64,000 nt of DNA from contig JBGVLO010000009.1 in the NCBI GenBank assembly GCA_045124315.1, positions 5,348 through 69,347 on the forward strand, in the 5' to 3' direction. This stretch comes from Lachnospiraceae bacterium. GTDB lineage: Bacteria; Bacillota; Clostridia; Lachnospirales; Lachnospiraceae. Below the pieces are notes generated by a model. It worked only from the letters and a program-made list of their open reading frames with translations. It was not told the origin of the DNA and did not search any database. Positions 44,251 through 54,686 of this stretch are shown here, piece after piece; positions within the stretch are counted from its first letter, which is position 1; each line of letters starts with the position of its first letter. The translations under genes and the position numbers were made by a program.

Positions 44251-44289
44251 AAGACTCAACCCAGAACTACTCTTGAGTTGAGTCTTTTA
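44251..44289 (+). terminator. Intrinsic terminator
   Basis: AGACTCAAC-loop-GTTGAGTCT followed by TTTT. Confidence 0.7.
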
Positions 44290-44478
44290 TAAATGATTTG
44301 ATGGCGAAGCTCAAATACCGTATGGTTTACCGTTTACTTATTCTCCCCAGTAATCTATCGATTCCTGGCAAACTCTTCACCATATTGTTCAATAAGTTTA
44401 TTCTTTAAGCTCTTAAGCTTGTGCCTTACGATCTGTGAGTATTCTAGCCTTCTCAATTATTATACCCTATAACACTCC

Positions 44479-45762
44479 TCAACTGTACGGTAACAATACC
44501 GTCACTTTCAATGATGGTTTTCCCTTCCATTCTATAATCTGTGCATAGATTTCCCCTTCCATCATTCCCACTAACTTTCTGCAGATAAACAATCCCAGGC
44601 CACTGCCTACCTTCCCTTCCGCATTGCTGCCCCGGAAGAAGCTGTCAAAAATATGCACCACTTCTCTCTCATCCAGATTGCAGCCTGTGTTGGTGACTGT
44701 GTAACAAAAATGCGACTCCTGCTTTTCTCCCACAAGCTCTATGGCATCTCCATCCCCGTATTTTAAAGCATTCTCTGTGATGTTCTGTAATACTTCGATC
44801 AACCGATCTTTGTCCGCTCGTATGAGACAATCCGTCTTTGCCGTACACTGAAAGTCAATGTGCATCTGTTTCGTTTTTTCCCTATAATACTGCTCCATTT
44901 CTTTCACAATCTGCTCAGTATACACCTCTCCCATTTCCACGGAAAACTCCATAAAATCCTCTCTTTGAGAATGAATAATAGACGAGATATACTCCCATAG
45001 TTCGTCTGCTTTTTTCAGGATACTTTCCGCCACATGACGTTTTTTTTCCTCATCTTTATATATATTCTTCTGTAATGCCTGGGCATTCAGATTTATAACG
45101 CTGAGAGGGGTTTTGATATCGTGAGTCAGCGACAAAAGAAACATTTTTCGTTCCTTTTCCAATGCCAGCTCCCTCTTTTTCCCATCTTCCAAATTCTGCC
45201 GCAGCATATCCAATCCCCAAAGAAGTCTGCCAAACAACTTGTGTTTATTCTCCTTTAGCGGCACTGTTAGATTTCCTTTTACCAGTTCATAAGGAAGGTC
45301 TGCAATTTGTTCCATGGGCTTTATAATTTCCTTCTGTATGTAGAGATACCAGCCTGCCATAACAAAAAACACAAGTAGAAAGCAGCCATTTACCCAAAAA
45401 AGTACACCTAGTATACTGTTTTCTTTTTCTTCATAAAAAATTTTGTAATAACCCTGCTCTGTAGTGTAAACGATTTGTTTTCTTTCTCTATTCTCATTTA
45501 GAAAATTCCGAATCTCTGTCTCACTTCTATCCACAGAAATACAGGCATATTCTTTAATCATGTCCCACTGTATATCAATATCAGTTGCCAGCTTCCCCTT
45601 TTCTTCTTCTGTCCTGTTAATCTGCGCTTCCAACCGATTGACTGATACCAAATACGAGTTATCTTCTTTCTGCTGATAATGATACAGTTTCCAGTTTACC
45701 ATACAAACCAAAAACAGATAGACAAGCAATACAAGAATTCCTTTTGTTCTTATGTTCTTCAA
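44479..45762 (-). CDS. Sensor histidine kinase
   Basis: Two TM segments, the HisKA H-box SLTHDIKTPLSVI and HATPase_c motifs (NALKYG, GSGLGLFICRKL). Confidence 0.9.
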   Translation of the reverse strand: MKNIRTKGILVLLVYLFLVCMVNWKLYHYQQKEDNSYLVSVNRLEAQINRTEEEKGKLATDIDIQWDMIKEYACISVDRSETEIRNFLNENRERKQIVYTTEQGYYKIFYEEKENSILGVLFWVNGCFLLVFFVMAGWYLYIQKEIIKPMEQIADLPYELVKGNLTVPLKENKHKLFGRLLWGLDMLRQNLEDGKKRELALEKERKMFLLSLTHDIKTPLSVINLNAQALQKNIYKDEEKKRHVAESILKKADELWEYISSIIHSQREDFMEFSVEMGEVYTEQIVKEMEQYYREKTKQMHIDFQCTAKTDCLIRADKDRLIEVLQNITENALKYGDGDAIELVGEKQESHFCYTVTNTGCNLDEREVVHIFDSFFRGSNAEGKVGSGLGLFICRKLVGMMEGEIYAQIIEWKGKPSLKVTVLLPYS

Positions 45763-45788
45763 TCTCTTTTCTCCTCACGCCCCATGGA

Positions 45789-46451
45789 TCATTCCATTCG
45801 GTAGCCTTTTCCCCACACTGTAAGAATCCGCTTTGGATTTTCCGGATCCTCTTCAATCTTAGTACGCAGCCGCTTAATATGTACCGTTAATGTCTGCATT
45901 TCGCTGTCACTTGTATTTCCCCAAATCTGATGAAACAGCTCTTCCTTGGTCAATATACGATTTTTATTCTGCAACAAATACAAAAGAAGCTGGAACTCCT
46001 TTGAGGTACATTTCAACAATTGTCCATTGACCATAATGCTCTCATCGTTCTTATTTAGCCGAAGATTCCCATCTACAATTTCTTCCATTCCATATCTTCT
46101 TTTAAAAATCCCTTTGACCTTTGCCAGCAAAATATCAATATCATAAGGTTTCTCAATGTAATCATCGGCTCCAAGCATAAGTCCGTTTAGCTTATCCTCC
46201 TTAGTATCTTTTGCACTGACGATCAAAATAGGCACATTGTCATGCTCCCGTATTTTGTTACAAACCGCAAAACCATCCATCCCAGGAAGCATAATATCAA
46301 GGATCACCAGTTTTGCAGGTTCCTCCCCAAGAATTTCCAGAGCCTCCTCGCCAGAAAGGGCATGATATACATCATACCCTTCTGCTGTGAGAAAATCCGA
46401 CAATAGCATGCCAAGTTCCTCATTATCTTCCACTATTAAAATATCCGCCAT
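45789..46451 (-). CDS. OmpR/PhoB-family response regulator
   Basis: Receiver domain (ILIVEDNEE...LDIMLPGMDG) plus a winged-helix output (LTKEFQLLLYL...TLTVHIKRLRTKIE). Start MADILIV at 46451. Confidence 0.9.
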   Translation of the reverse strand: MADILIVEDNEELGMLLSDFLTAEGYDVYHALSGEEALEILGEEPAKLVILDIMLPGMDGFAVCNKIREHDNVPILIVSAKDTKEDKLNGLMLGADDYIEKPYDIDILLAKVKGIFKRRYGMEEIVDGNLRLNKNDESIMVNGQLLKCTSKEFQLLLYLLQNKNRILTKEELFHQIWGNTSDSEMQTLTVHIKRLRTKIEEDPENPKRILTVWGKGYRME

Positions 46452-46453
46452 AC

Positions 46454-47218
46454 TTACCACTCCATATCGCTTAACCAAGCCGAAAGCACATGTTCTCTTG
46501 CCTTAGTCTCTTCCTTCTTTTTGTCTTTCAATGACAACTCTCCCTTTATATTGCCATCTTCAATATATAATATTCTACCACATTTTGATGCCACATGCAT
46601 ATCATGGGTAACCATAACAATCGTAGTTCCCTCTTCATTGATCTGTTCCATCATAGATAACACAGACTCTGAGGCACTGCGGTTTAGTGCCCCCGTTGGT
46701 TCATCTGCAAATACAATACTTGGACGATTAATAAGACTTCTACAAATGCAGGCTCTCTGAAGCTGCCCACCGGACACTTCTGAAATATTGTTATCGGCTA
46801 CATGCAGAATATCAAACTTTTTCATAAGCTGCTTTCCATACTCCAAAATTTCCTTTTTACTTCTGTCTTTTTCTTTGCTCTGGTAAGCTGGCAGTAAAAT
46901 ATTATCTAACACGGATAGATTATGTAACATCTGCATTTGCTGGAAAATAAATCCCATTTCGTTCAGACGGATTTTTGCCATTTCTTTATTTGGAAGAGAA
47001 GCAATCTGCTTTCCTCCCAAGTATACCTTTCCAGCAGTTGGCTGATCCATCCCGGACACACTGTATAACAATGTAGATTTTCCAGAACCGGAAGGCCCCA
47101 TAATCGCCACCATCTCTCCTTCTTCTACCATAAAATTCACATTTTTTAATACATTATTCTGTCTTTTATTTATCACATAAGTTTTACATAAATCTTCTAC
47201 TTTTAATGCTGTTGCCAT
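46454..47218 (-). CDS. ABC transporter ATP-binding protein (MacB/FtsE-like)
   Basis: GPSGSGKST, VSGGQLQR and VFADEPTGALN motifs. Confidence 0.9.
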   Translation of the reverse strand: MATALKVEDLCKTYVINKRQNNVLKNVNFMVEEGEMVAIMGPSGSGKSTLLYSVSGMDQPTAGKVYLGGKQIASLPNKEMAKIRLNEMGFIFQQMQMLHNLSVLDNILLPAYQSKEKDRSKKEILEYGKQLMKKFDILHVADNNISEVSGGQLQRACICRSLINRPSIVFADEPTGALNRSASESVLSMMEQINEEGTTIVMVTHDMHVASKCGRILYIEDGNIKGELSLKDKKKEETKAREHVLSAWLSDMEW

Positions 47219-47251
47219 ATCTTTTTCCAACCTTTCTATTGTTATTCATAA

Positions 47252-49606
47252 TTATTCTTTATTCATCGTCTGTACATCAATTTTTCGTATCTTTTGTGTT
47301 ACCAGGGTGCAAACCAGCAAAATTGCCACAAACATCACGATCGGATATAGGATGTAACCTTGCAGAATATCTAACTGGAAGTCAATTCTTGCACCCATAA
47401 ATTTGAATACCTGTCCACAAGTGAGCTGAGTAAACCATTCTCCCGTAAATACTCCAACCAAGATACCGAAAAACACCACAATTCCAATTCTTTTCATCTG
47501 CCATACAATAAGTGCATTGTCCGAAAATCCAATAGCCTTCATAGTAGCAATTTCTCTCTTTTCCCGAAGTAAAAACATTTTTTCCAGAAGCACAACCACT
47601 AATACATTTATGACCGTTACGAGGAAGAATAACACTCCTTTTAGTTCTCCAACCTGACTGACAGTACCTCCAAGCATCTCCTCAATATACTCTCCCATAG
47701 TAGATACTTTTGCATCCGGATACATTTTTTCTATCTTCTTTCTCACCTGCTCTTTTTCATCCTTTGACAGAGTATCTTTCATAGTAATTTCCATTCCCAG
47801 AGAACCATAACTACTGTTGTAGTTCACCTTTGCCTTCTCAGAAAAGCGAATGACCTCTCCCATATTATTCATACTCTGATAAAGAGCCGACACTATGTAT
47901 TCCTTTTCCTCTTCACTAGCAGTAACTATTACCTTATCTCCTACAGATACATTCATTTTACTTGCAATTCCATGGGCCATTGCAATCTCGTTTTCCTCTA
48001 TCGGTGCAGTTCCTTCCTCATACTGATAAACTTCTGCAGAACCACCTACGCTTTGCAGGCTCAATATCTTATAAGCCGCTTCTCCCTTTTCCACTTTCAC
48101 ATTGGAATTTAGTTCTAGACGCAAATCTTTCGTTTCAATGTTATTTACATTAAAAACTTCCTTTACCTGCTCTAAATATTCCTCTGCCTCTTCTATACTT
48201 TTCCAGGTCCCTGTGCTCTCATCCTCCATTACAAAATCTGATCTGACAAGCCCAAACCATACTGCAGTCCTATCCGACTGTAAGGTTGCCACTGTATTTA
48301 CCACCATAAGAAGAAGCCAGATTCCCATAAGACTTGTGAGAAATAATATCACATATCTTCTGCATTCACTAAAAATATCATTGAGTGCCATACTGCTTGT
48401 AGCGGACAATTTTCCTTTTGTAAGACCGATTTTTCCTGTCTTTGCAAAGCTCTCACCCTCCATACCGTCCCGAAGGGCTGTCATAGGGTTCATTTTTTTC
48501 ACTGGTTTGGTGCTAAGATAAGCAAACCCAACAACAATAGCAGCTACCAATACACTGACAAGCACATTCATTGCCACATTGGTTCCACTGTTTTCCACAA
48601 AAATATTCTGTGTCACGGAAGATAACATTTGTTTTCCAAAAGGCACACTACAAATACATCCTACTCCGGCACCCAAAACCGCAATTGCCACATATTTTAC
48701 AATATACAACCCACGAATTCCCGGTTCCGGAATACCGATCGCCTTCATCACACCAATCTGCTCATATTCTTCCTTCACAGTAAAGGAAATGGTAAACCGC
48801 AGCATGATCATTGTAATGCATACTAAACCAATACTTACCACTAACACGATCAACGCAATGACAATGTCTAACAAGTAGGTCACCTTAACAGTCGTCTTAT
48901 CACAGCCAAAGGACACAGCAAAGGACTGTTTTCCATAATCCGTCTGAAAAGTCTTTACATCATCACTATCCACATGATACATATTAGAAACCATTAAACT
49001 TCCCTGTTCTAGTGTATAGTAATCTTCCATTCCCACGAGGATACGCTTTGTTCCCATTAAATCCGAACCCATCAATGCGTCTTTTGCATAGCCTCCTATT
49101 TTTAGTTTCAGATAGGTATCCTCATCATATTTTACATAAATGGTATCTCCTATTTCTAAAGATAAATCCCTCGCCAATGCTCTGGATAAATACACTTCTC
49201 CTTTTTGGATTTCCTCTATCTTTTTATTGTCATCGTCAAAGAAATTTTGAGGAGAGCCTTCCACCCGATTGATGATACAAGTGTTACTGTAATCAAGATT
49301 ATCTCTATCTTCGTCCTGAAGCTTATCTGCCAACAGGAGTTCTTCCACCCGATAATCCGTTACATTGTCCTCTGTCTTCAGAAATTCTTTGATCTGCCGG
49401 TCATTTTCTTCCGAATTTCCAATAGCAAGCATAAAAAAATCACTAACATTTGCCTGCTCCAAATAATAATCAATTCCACTTATTACCACTGAAATATTCT
49501 GTACTGCCCCTGAAATAAAGGTAGTTGCAAGCACAACAAATATCAGAATAATAAAGTTCATCGATTTTTTTCTCTTTAAATCGTTTCCTAAAATTTTTCT
49601 AAACAT
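47252..49606 (-). CDS. ABC transporter permease with two FtsX/MacB-type modules
   Basis: 784 aa. It contains two copies of the pattern TM - large extracytoplasmic domain - three TM with an FtsX-like signature (MKAIGIPEPGI, MKAIGFSDNAL). It forms an operon with the ATPase and two-component system, typical of peptide-antibiotic sensing/export modules. Confidence 0.85.
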   Translation of the reverse strand: MFRKILGNDLKRKKSMNFIILIFVVLATTFISGAVQNISVVISGIDYYLEQANVSDFFMLAIGNSEENDRQIKEFLKTEDNVTDYRVEELLLADKLQDEDRDNLDYSNTCIINRVEGSPQNFFDDDNKKIEEIQKGEVYLSRALARDLSLEIGDTIYVKYDEDTYLKLKIGGYAKDALMGSDLMGTKRILVGMEDYYTLEQGSLMVSNMYHVDSDDVKTFQTDYGKQSFAVSFGCDKTTVKVTYLLDIVIALIVLVVSIGLVCITMIMLRFTISFTVKEEYEQIGVMKAIGIPEPGIRGLYIVKYVAIAVLGAGVGCICSVPFGKQMLSSVTQNIFVENSGTNVAMNVLVSVLVAAIVVGFAYLSTKPVKKMNPMTALRDGMEGESFAKTGKIGLTKGKLSATSSMALNDIFSECRRYVILFLTSLMGIWLLLMVVNTVATLQSDRTAVWFGLVRSDFVMEDESTGTWKSIEEAEEYLEQVKEVFNVNNIETKDLRLELNSNVKVEKGEAAYKILSLQSVGGSAEVYQYEEGTAPIEENEIAMAHGIASKMNVSVGDKVIVTASEEEKEYIVSALYQSMNNMGEVIRFSEKAKVNYNSSYGSLGMEITMKDTLSKDEKEQVRKKIEKMYPDAKVSTMGEYIEEMLGGTVSQVGELKGVLFFLVTVINVLVVVLLEKMFLLREKREIATMKAIGFSDNALIVWQMKRIGIVVFFGILVGVFTGEWFTQLTCGQVFKFMGARIDFQLDILQGYILYPIVMFVAILLVCTLVTQKIRKIDVQTMNKE

Positions 49607-49727
49607 AGCTTTTTCCTTTCATCTATTCACTTTTTCGTCAGCTGATGGGGTTAGTATAACATGGTAATTGTGAACTAATCCTTAAATAAAGAATAGAAAT
49701 ACAAATTTTGACATGCAAAAAGGGGCA

Positions 49728-50143
49728 TTAATGCCCCTTATGCTTTTCCTTTTTCTTTTGCTGTTTCAGTTCAAACATTCGTATCTTTTCGGCCTCTTTT
49801 TTTTCTCGGTTTTTTAATTTACGTTTCTGTTTGTTCTGCTCCTGTTGCATTTTCAACGCTTGCTGTGATTTCGTACCGATACCATTTTCCTGCATCTGCT
49901 TCTTCGCATCACGCTGCATCCTCTTAGGATTTCTTTTTTTCTCTTTTACAACAGTTTCCACAGCCGGACTAAATTGTAGGCTATAATAGTACTTTTTAAT
50001 ATACTCTTGCACCTCATACTCCTTCGGTTCTGCACCAAACGTCACTTTCATTACTAAGAGTTTTCCATCTTCAATCTGTTCAAAAACACCCACCCAAAAT
50101 GGATCTTCAAAAAATACTGTTAGCTTACCACTTACTTTGTCCA
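49728..50143 (-). CDS. yjdF: YjdF-family (DUF2992) protein
   Basis: The N-terminal half KLTVFFEDPFWVGVFEQIEDGKLLVMKVTFGAEPKEYEV is followed by a lysine-rich tail. RBS GGAGGG lies before the ATG at 50143. Confidence 0.7.
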
Positions 50144-50169
50144 TGACAATCCCTCCTAAATAATTGATA

Positions 50170-50282
50170 AGCAAAGAATGGACAACCCGGAGGGGCAGGT
50201 TACTTACCCTACAGAATATAGGACGGCTGGGCTACCTACCAGCTCTAGCACATTTGTAATGCACATTGCGTTTTTATCTTTG
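50170..50282 (-). promoter_or_regulatory. Structured leader, candidate yjdF-class riboswitch
   Basis: On the minus strand GCAAAGA (5-prime) pairs with TCTTTGC (3-prime) to close a 113-nt element. It contains the hairpins GCTGG-taggtagc-CCAGC and CCTA-tattctg-TAGG. Its position directly upstream of a yjdF-family gene is the defining genomic context of the yjdF motif. Confidence 0.45.
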
Positions 50283-50445
50283 CATATATAATCAAGCCAT
50301 ATGGCAGGATTAATCTATCACCACTCTCTTTCATTGTATCAAATCTATTATCATGAAACAAGAAACTTTCTGATTATATAAAGTTGAAAGAACCTTTTCA
50401 TTCCTGTATGATAAAATACGAAGAACAAAAGAAGGGAGGCTTTTT

Positions 50446-51237
50446 ATGTTTCACATACATACAAGCAGATGCGGTCACGCAGTGGGTAGAGATGAAGAAT
50501 ATATTGAACGAGCCATAGCACTTGGAGCAAAACGGATTATTTTTACAGATCATACACCTTTCCCGGAAGATGTATTCCCAGATTTAGTATGTCGAATGGG
50601 AATATCTGTATTACCGGAATATATTGAAACTATGAAACAGCTAAAAAAGACCTACGAGAATGAAATTGAGGTCGTGTATGGTTTAGAGATTGAATGGCTA
50701 GACCGTTATAGAGAGTTCTACGAAGAACTTAGCAAACAAACGGATATTTTAATCGTAGGCGAGCACATCATGGAAGATAGTCATGGAGAAATCCAGTATC
50801 CTTCTGGCTTTACAGATACCAGGTATTTTAAAGATTATGCAGAAAACATAAAAGCTGCAGCTCTATCTGGACTTGTGTATGCCATTGCCCATCCGGACCG
50901 TATCTTTTTAAAAGGCTTACAAAGAAGTGGTCAGACATGGAACAATGACTGCGAGGAATGTGTAGAAATCATGCTTTCCGGCATACAGCAGGCAATTAGC
51001 GAAGGAAAGCTAAAATATGTGGAATTAAATGCCGGATCCTTCCGAAAATTAAAGACTGCATATGACCCTGAAATACACACCTATCCAAATAAAAGAATGT
51101 GGAAGGCTTTTGTGGATGCTAAGCTACCAATTGTAATCGGCCAAGATGCTCACGCGCCAGAGGAAATGATGGACATCGGATATGATCGAGCCCAAGAATT
51201 CCTGGCTGATTTAGGCGGAAAGGCTGAAAACATATAG
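50446..51237 (+). CDS. PHP-domain phosphoesterase (HisJ-type histidinol-phosphatase family)
   Basis: MFHIHTSRCGHA start, TDHTPFP and AHPD motifs; 263 aa. Confidence 0.8.
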   Translation: MFHIHTSRCGHAVGRDEEYIERAIALGAKRIIFTDHTPFPEDVFPDLVCRMGISVLPEYIETMKQLKKTYENEIEVVYGLEIEWLDRYREFYEELSKQTDILIVGEHIMEDSHGEIQYPSGFTDTRYFKDYAENIKAAALSGLVYAIAHPDRIFLKGLQRSGQTWNNDCEECVEIMLSGIQQAISEGKLKYVELNAGSFRKLKTAYDPEIHTYPNKRMWKAFVDAKLPIVIGQDAHAPEEMMDIGYDRAQEFLADLGGKAENI

Positions 51238-51384
51238 TTTTTCTCATATCTATCTAAACACATTGATACAACAAAATTGGATTATTATTCGTCAATTAGA
51301 TGAAATATCAAAAAAACCTGACAAATAATGTTTGATTGGATGAAAGCTACTGCATATAGGAGACAAACCTTCCTATAGAGTAAA

Positions 51385-51427
51385 ATAGAGGGTACAACCA
51401 CTGGAATAGTAAGGTTGTACCCTCTAT
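51385..51427. terminator. Perfect 15-bp hairpin between convergent genes
   Basis: ATAGAGGGTACAACC-loop-GGTTGTACCCTCTAT. The flanking T/A runs are short. Confidence 0.55.
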
Positions 51428-51489
51428 TGTATACCCGAATTTCAATAATGTAATCGAATTCTCTGACTTTGATTTATCTCACCAATATA

Positions 51490-53169
51490 CTAACCGTTAT
51501 ATCGATACACTCTCGCCTCATATGGCTGCAACATTACCTCATCATTCTTTGCATAATTGGTAATAAGCAACTGTGCATTTGATGGAATCTGCGCCTTAAC
51601 AACCTCTGGAATGCTGCAATTCTGTTGGCTAAAATTACACAAAACCATTAAGCGATCCTGTCCAAGAGATCTTTTGTAAATAAATAATTCCTCGCTCTCT
51701 GGAACAAGTAACTCATAATCTCCATACACAACAATCTCGTTTTCGTGACGAAGCTGGATTAATATTTTGTAATAAGAAAAAACAGAGTCTGGATTTCCAA
51801 CTTGTTGTTTTGCATTTACCGTCTGGTAATTGCTATTTACCTTAATCCAAGGAGTTCCAGTGGTAAATCCGGCATTTTTGCTATCATCCCACTGCATTGG
51901 AGTTCTTGCATTATCTCTGCTAACACACTTTAAATACCCCATCATCATATCATGGGAAACACCATTCTTCTCTGTGAGATCTCTATAAGCATTCAAACTT
52001 TCAATATCACGATAATCTTTCAAATCATCAAAATTTGCGTTGCACATACCAAGTTCTTCCCCTTGATACACATAAGGAGTTCCCTGCATCATATGGATAC
52101 AAGTTGCAAGCATTTTCGCTGATATTTCTCGATATTCCTCACTATCATTTCCAAATTTTGATACGCAACGTGGCTGGTCATGATTAGACAGGAATAAACT
52201 ATTCCAGCCTTTTCCCTTCAATCCGGTCTGCCATTTTGACAAGATGGCTTTCCACTCCGGCAAAGGCATTTTGTCCCCGTCCCATTTTCCAAACTTATTA
52301 TTTTCTCCATATCCTTCTCCAATATGTTCAAACTGAAAGACCATATTAAGTTCTGTATCATCACTATTGGCGTATTTCTTTGCCTCGTCCAAGGTAACAC
52401 CGGCAGCCTCTCCTACTGTGATCAAATCGTATTTGGAAAGTACCTTCTGATTCATTTCCTGCAAATATTCGTGCACATGTGGACCATTGACACATCCCCA
52501 ATCACCATATCCACTTTCCCCTACTTCTCCGTCCGGCAATCCCTCCGGTTTGGAAATAAGACTGATTACATCCATACGGAACCCATCCACACCTTTTTCA
52601 CACCACCAGTTCATCATATCATAAACATGCTCACGAACAGTAGGATTATCCCAATTTAAATCTGGCTGTTTTTGTGAAAATAAGTGTAGAAAATACATAT
52701 CTGTCTGAGGATCGTATTTCCATGCAGAACCACCAAAGCAAGAGCCCCAATTATTCGGTTCTTTGCCATCCTCTTTTCCTTTTCTCCAAATGTAGAAATC
52801 ACGATATGGATTGTCTTCACTCTTACGACTCTCCACAAACCATGCATGCTCATCCGATGTATGATTCACCACAAGATCCATCATGATCTTAATACCATTT
52901 TCATGGGCAACTTCCAATAAACGGTCAAAATCCTCCATCGTTCCAAACTCAGCCATGATCGCCTGATAATCACTAATATCATACCCATTATCATCATTTG
53001 GGGACTGATAGACCGGCGAAATCCAGATTACATCGATCCCAAGCTCTTTTAAATATCCAAGCTTTTCCGTAATACCATTGATATCCCCAATTCCATCTCC
53101 GTTTGAGTCCATAAAACTTCTCGGATAAATCTGATACACTACTGCTTCTTTCCACCATGTCTTTTCCAT
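51490..53169 (-). CDS. GH13 alpha-glucosidase (oligo-1,6-glucosidase / sucrose-isomaltase-like subfamily)
   Basis: WWKEAVVYQIYPRSF, DLVVNHTSDEH, GFRMDVI and FLSNHDQPR conserved regions. Confidence 0.9.
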   Translation of the reverse strand: MEKTWWKEAVVYQIYPRSFMDSNGDGIGDINGITEKLGYLKELGIDVIWISPVYQSPNDDNGYDISDYQAIMAEFGTMEDFDRLLEVAHENGIKIMMDLVVNHTSDEHAWFVESRKSEDNPYRDFYIWRKGKEDGKEPNNWGSCFGGSAWKYDPQTDMYFLHLFSQKQPDLNWDNPTVREHVYDMMNWWCEKGVDGFRMDVISLISKPEGLPDGEVGESGYGDWGCVNGPHVHEYLQEMNQKVLSKYDLITVGEAAGVTLDEAKKYANSDDTELNMVFQFEHIGEGYGENNKFGKWDGDKMPLPEWKAILSKWQTGLKGKGWNSLFLSNHDQPRCVSKFGNDSEEYREISAKMLATCIHMMQGTPYVYQGEELGMCNANFDDLKDYRDIESLNAYRDLTEKNGVSHDMMMGYLKCVSRDNARTPMQWDDSKNAGFTTGTPWIKVNSNYQTVNAKQQVGNPDSVFSYYKILIQLRHENEIVVYGDYELLVPESEELFIYKRSLGQDRLMVLCNFSQQNCSIPEVVKAQIPSNAQLLITNYAKNDEVMLQPYEARVYRYNG

Positions 53170-53194
53170 ATTGCAAACCCTCCTATAAACTTTA

Positions 53195-53226
53195 ATATGA
53201 TACCAGGGTCAAAAGATCGGAACCCA
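53195..53226. repeat. Left copy of a 32-nt inverted repeat (30/32 identical to 59947-59978)
   Basis: ATATGATACCAGGGTCAAAAGATCGGAACCCA is the reverse complement of TGGGTTCAGACCTTTTGACCCTGGTATCATAT with two mismatches. Confidence 0.85.
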
Positions 53227-53355
53227 GTATCTTAATATTTGAATTATTGTTTCACTTTACCTATAACCCTATATCTACAAAATAACACGGTACATAACCC
53301 TGTGTCAAAGGTTAATCGCATAACCATCATAATTTACAACAGCAAAACAATATTT

Positions 53356-54396
53356 TTAGTCATTCTGTACACATTTTGACACAGAATCCCGCTCTACTAA
53401 TTTCACAGGAATAATCCAACGGTCATTTTCTGTAACCTCCGTTGCTTCCCCCTCCTGGTCCATAGATATCAATGCTTCTACTGCCAATTTCGCCTTATGT
53501 CCGATATTCTGACTCATAGTCGTTAATCTTGGCCTGGCAAGTTTCGCATAAATCAAATCATCGAAACCTGATATAGACAAATCCTCTGGGATTCGAAGCC
53601 CTTTGCTTTGCAAAAAAGCACTAACCTCTAATGCATGAAAATCAGAAGCTACAAATAATGCTGTATATCCTTTCCATTTTGACAACATTCGTTCCCATTC
53701 CAGATTACGCACCAACTCACTGGAAGAAAACACAAAATGATCCCCTTCGCTAACTGGAAGCTCCGCCTCCTTCATTGCCTGTTGTAGACCCCTCCATCGA
53801 TAATGATCCACCCCCTTATCATTATCTGCAAGCATGGCAATTTTCTTATGTCCTTTTTGGATCAAATATTTCCCCATCTCATATCCGCCCCCAAAATCAT
53901 CCGTTGATATATTAATAAATTTGGATTCTCGATTCACATATGAATCAATGGATACAATACCTCTGTGATATTTTTCACACAAATTTTTCAATTCCTTTTT
54001 CATCATATTACATACAATCAATCCTTCTAGATTCCATGCCATTGCCTGACGAACAATCTCATCCACTGTCTGCTGTGCAATAAGGTACATATAACAATTT
54101 CTTGCACGAATTTCATGCTCCAGATTTCCCACAAGCGCACTAAAATATGGATCCTCCAAAGTAATCTGATTTCCTCCTTTATCGGGCAAAACCACACCTA
54201 TCATATTTGAGCTTGTCCGGGCCAGCATTATGGCAGAGCGATTGCGAATATACCCCATTTCGTCCAATGCATTTAACACCTTTTCGCGAACCACATCAGA
54301 TACCCGTTGGTCTTTTCCATTGATCACATTGGAAACGGTTGCAGTACTTACTCCAACTGCTTCTGCTACATCTTTTATGCGTATCATCTTTGCCAT
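53356..54396 (-). CDS. LacI-family transcriptional regulator
   Basis: N-terminal HTH IKDVAEAVGVSTATVSNVING plus a periplasmic-binding-protein-like sugar-binding core. Confidence 0.9.
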   Translation of the reverse strand: MAKMIRIKDVAEAVGVSTATVSNVINGKDQRVSDVVREKVLNALDEMGYIRNRSAIMLARTSSNMIGVVLPDKGGNQITLEDPYFSALVGNLEHEIRARNCYMYLIAQQTVDEIVRQAMAWNLEGLIVCNMMKKELKNLCEKYHRGIVSIDSYVNRESKFINISTDDFGGGYEMGKYLIQKGHKKIAMLADNDKGVDHYRWRGLQQAMKEAELPVSEGDHFVFSSSELVRNLEWERMLSKWKGYTALFVASDFHALEVSAFLQSKGLRIPEDLSISGFDDLIYAKLARPRLTTMSQNIGHKAKLAVEALISMDQEGEATEVTENDRWIIPVKLVERDSVSKCVQND

Positions 54397-54686
54397 CCGT
54401 TTTCCCCCTTTTTACATCCTTTCCTAGTTCTATATTACTAACAGTATACTATAAAATGTTACAAATCACCAACCTATATACAACTTAACCAGTGTCAAAC
54501 AATCGTTTTTATTTTTCACATCACAGGAGCTTGTCCGAAGTTCTTTACCAAGCTCCTGGTAACTGTTCCGAGAGTGCAATTCGAAAAATACCAGATATAC
54601 GAAAAACCCCCTTTACTACTAATTTCATTTTTGGTAAAATATAGGAATAAAGGGTATTTAGCACCAATACTGAGAGGGGGATAAAA

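Noticed and set aside
53170-53355. Search for a LacI/CcpA-type operator (TGnAAnCGnTTnCA) between the LacI-family gene and the alpha-glucosidase gene, and upstream of the regulator (54397-54686)
   Set aside because: Only poor half-palindromes were found (for example AAACAATCGTTT at about 54500). Nothing is convincing enough to annotate.
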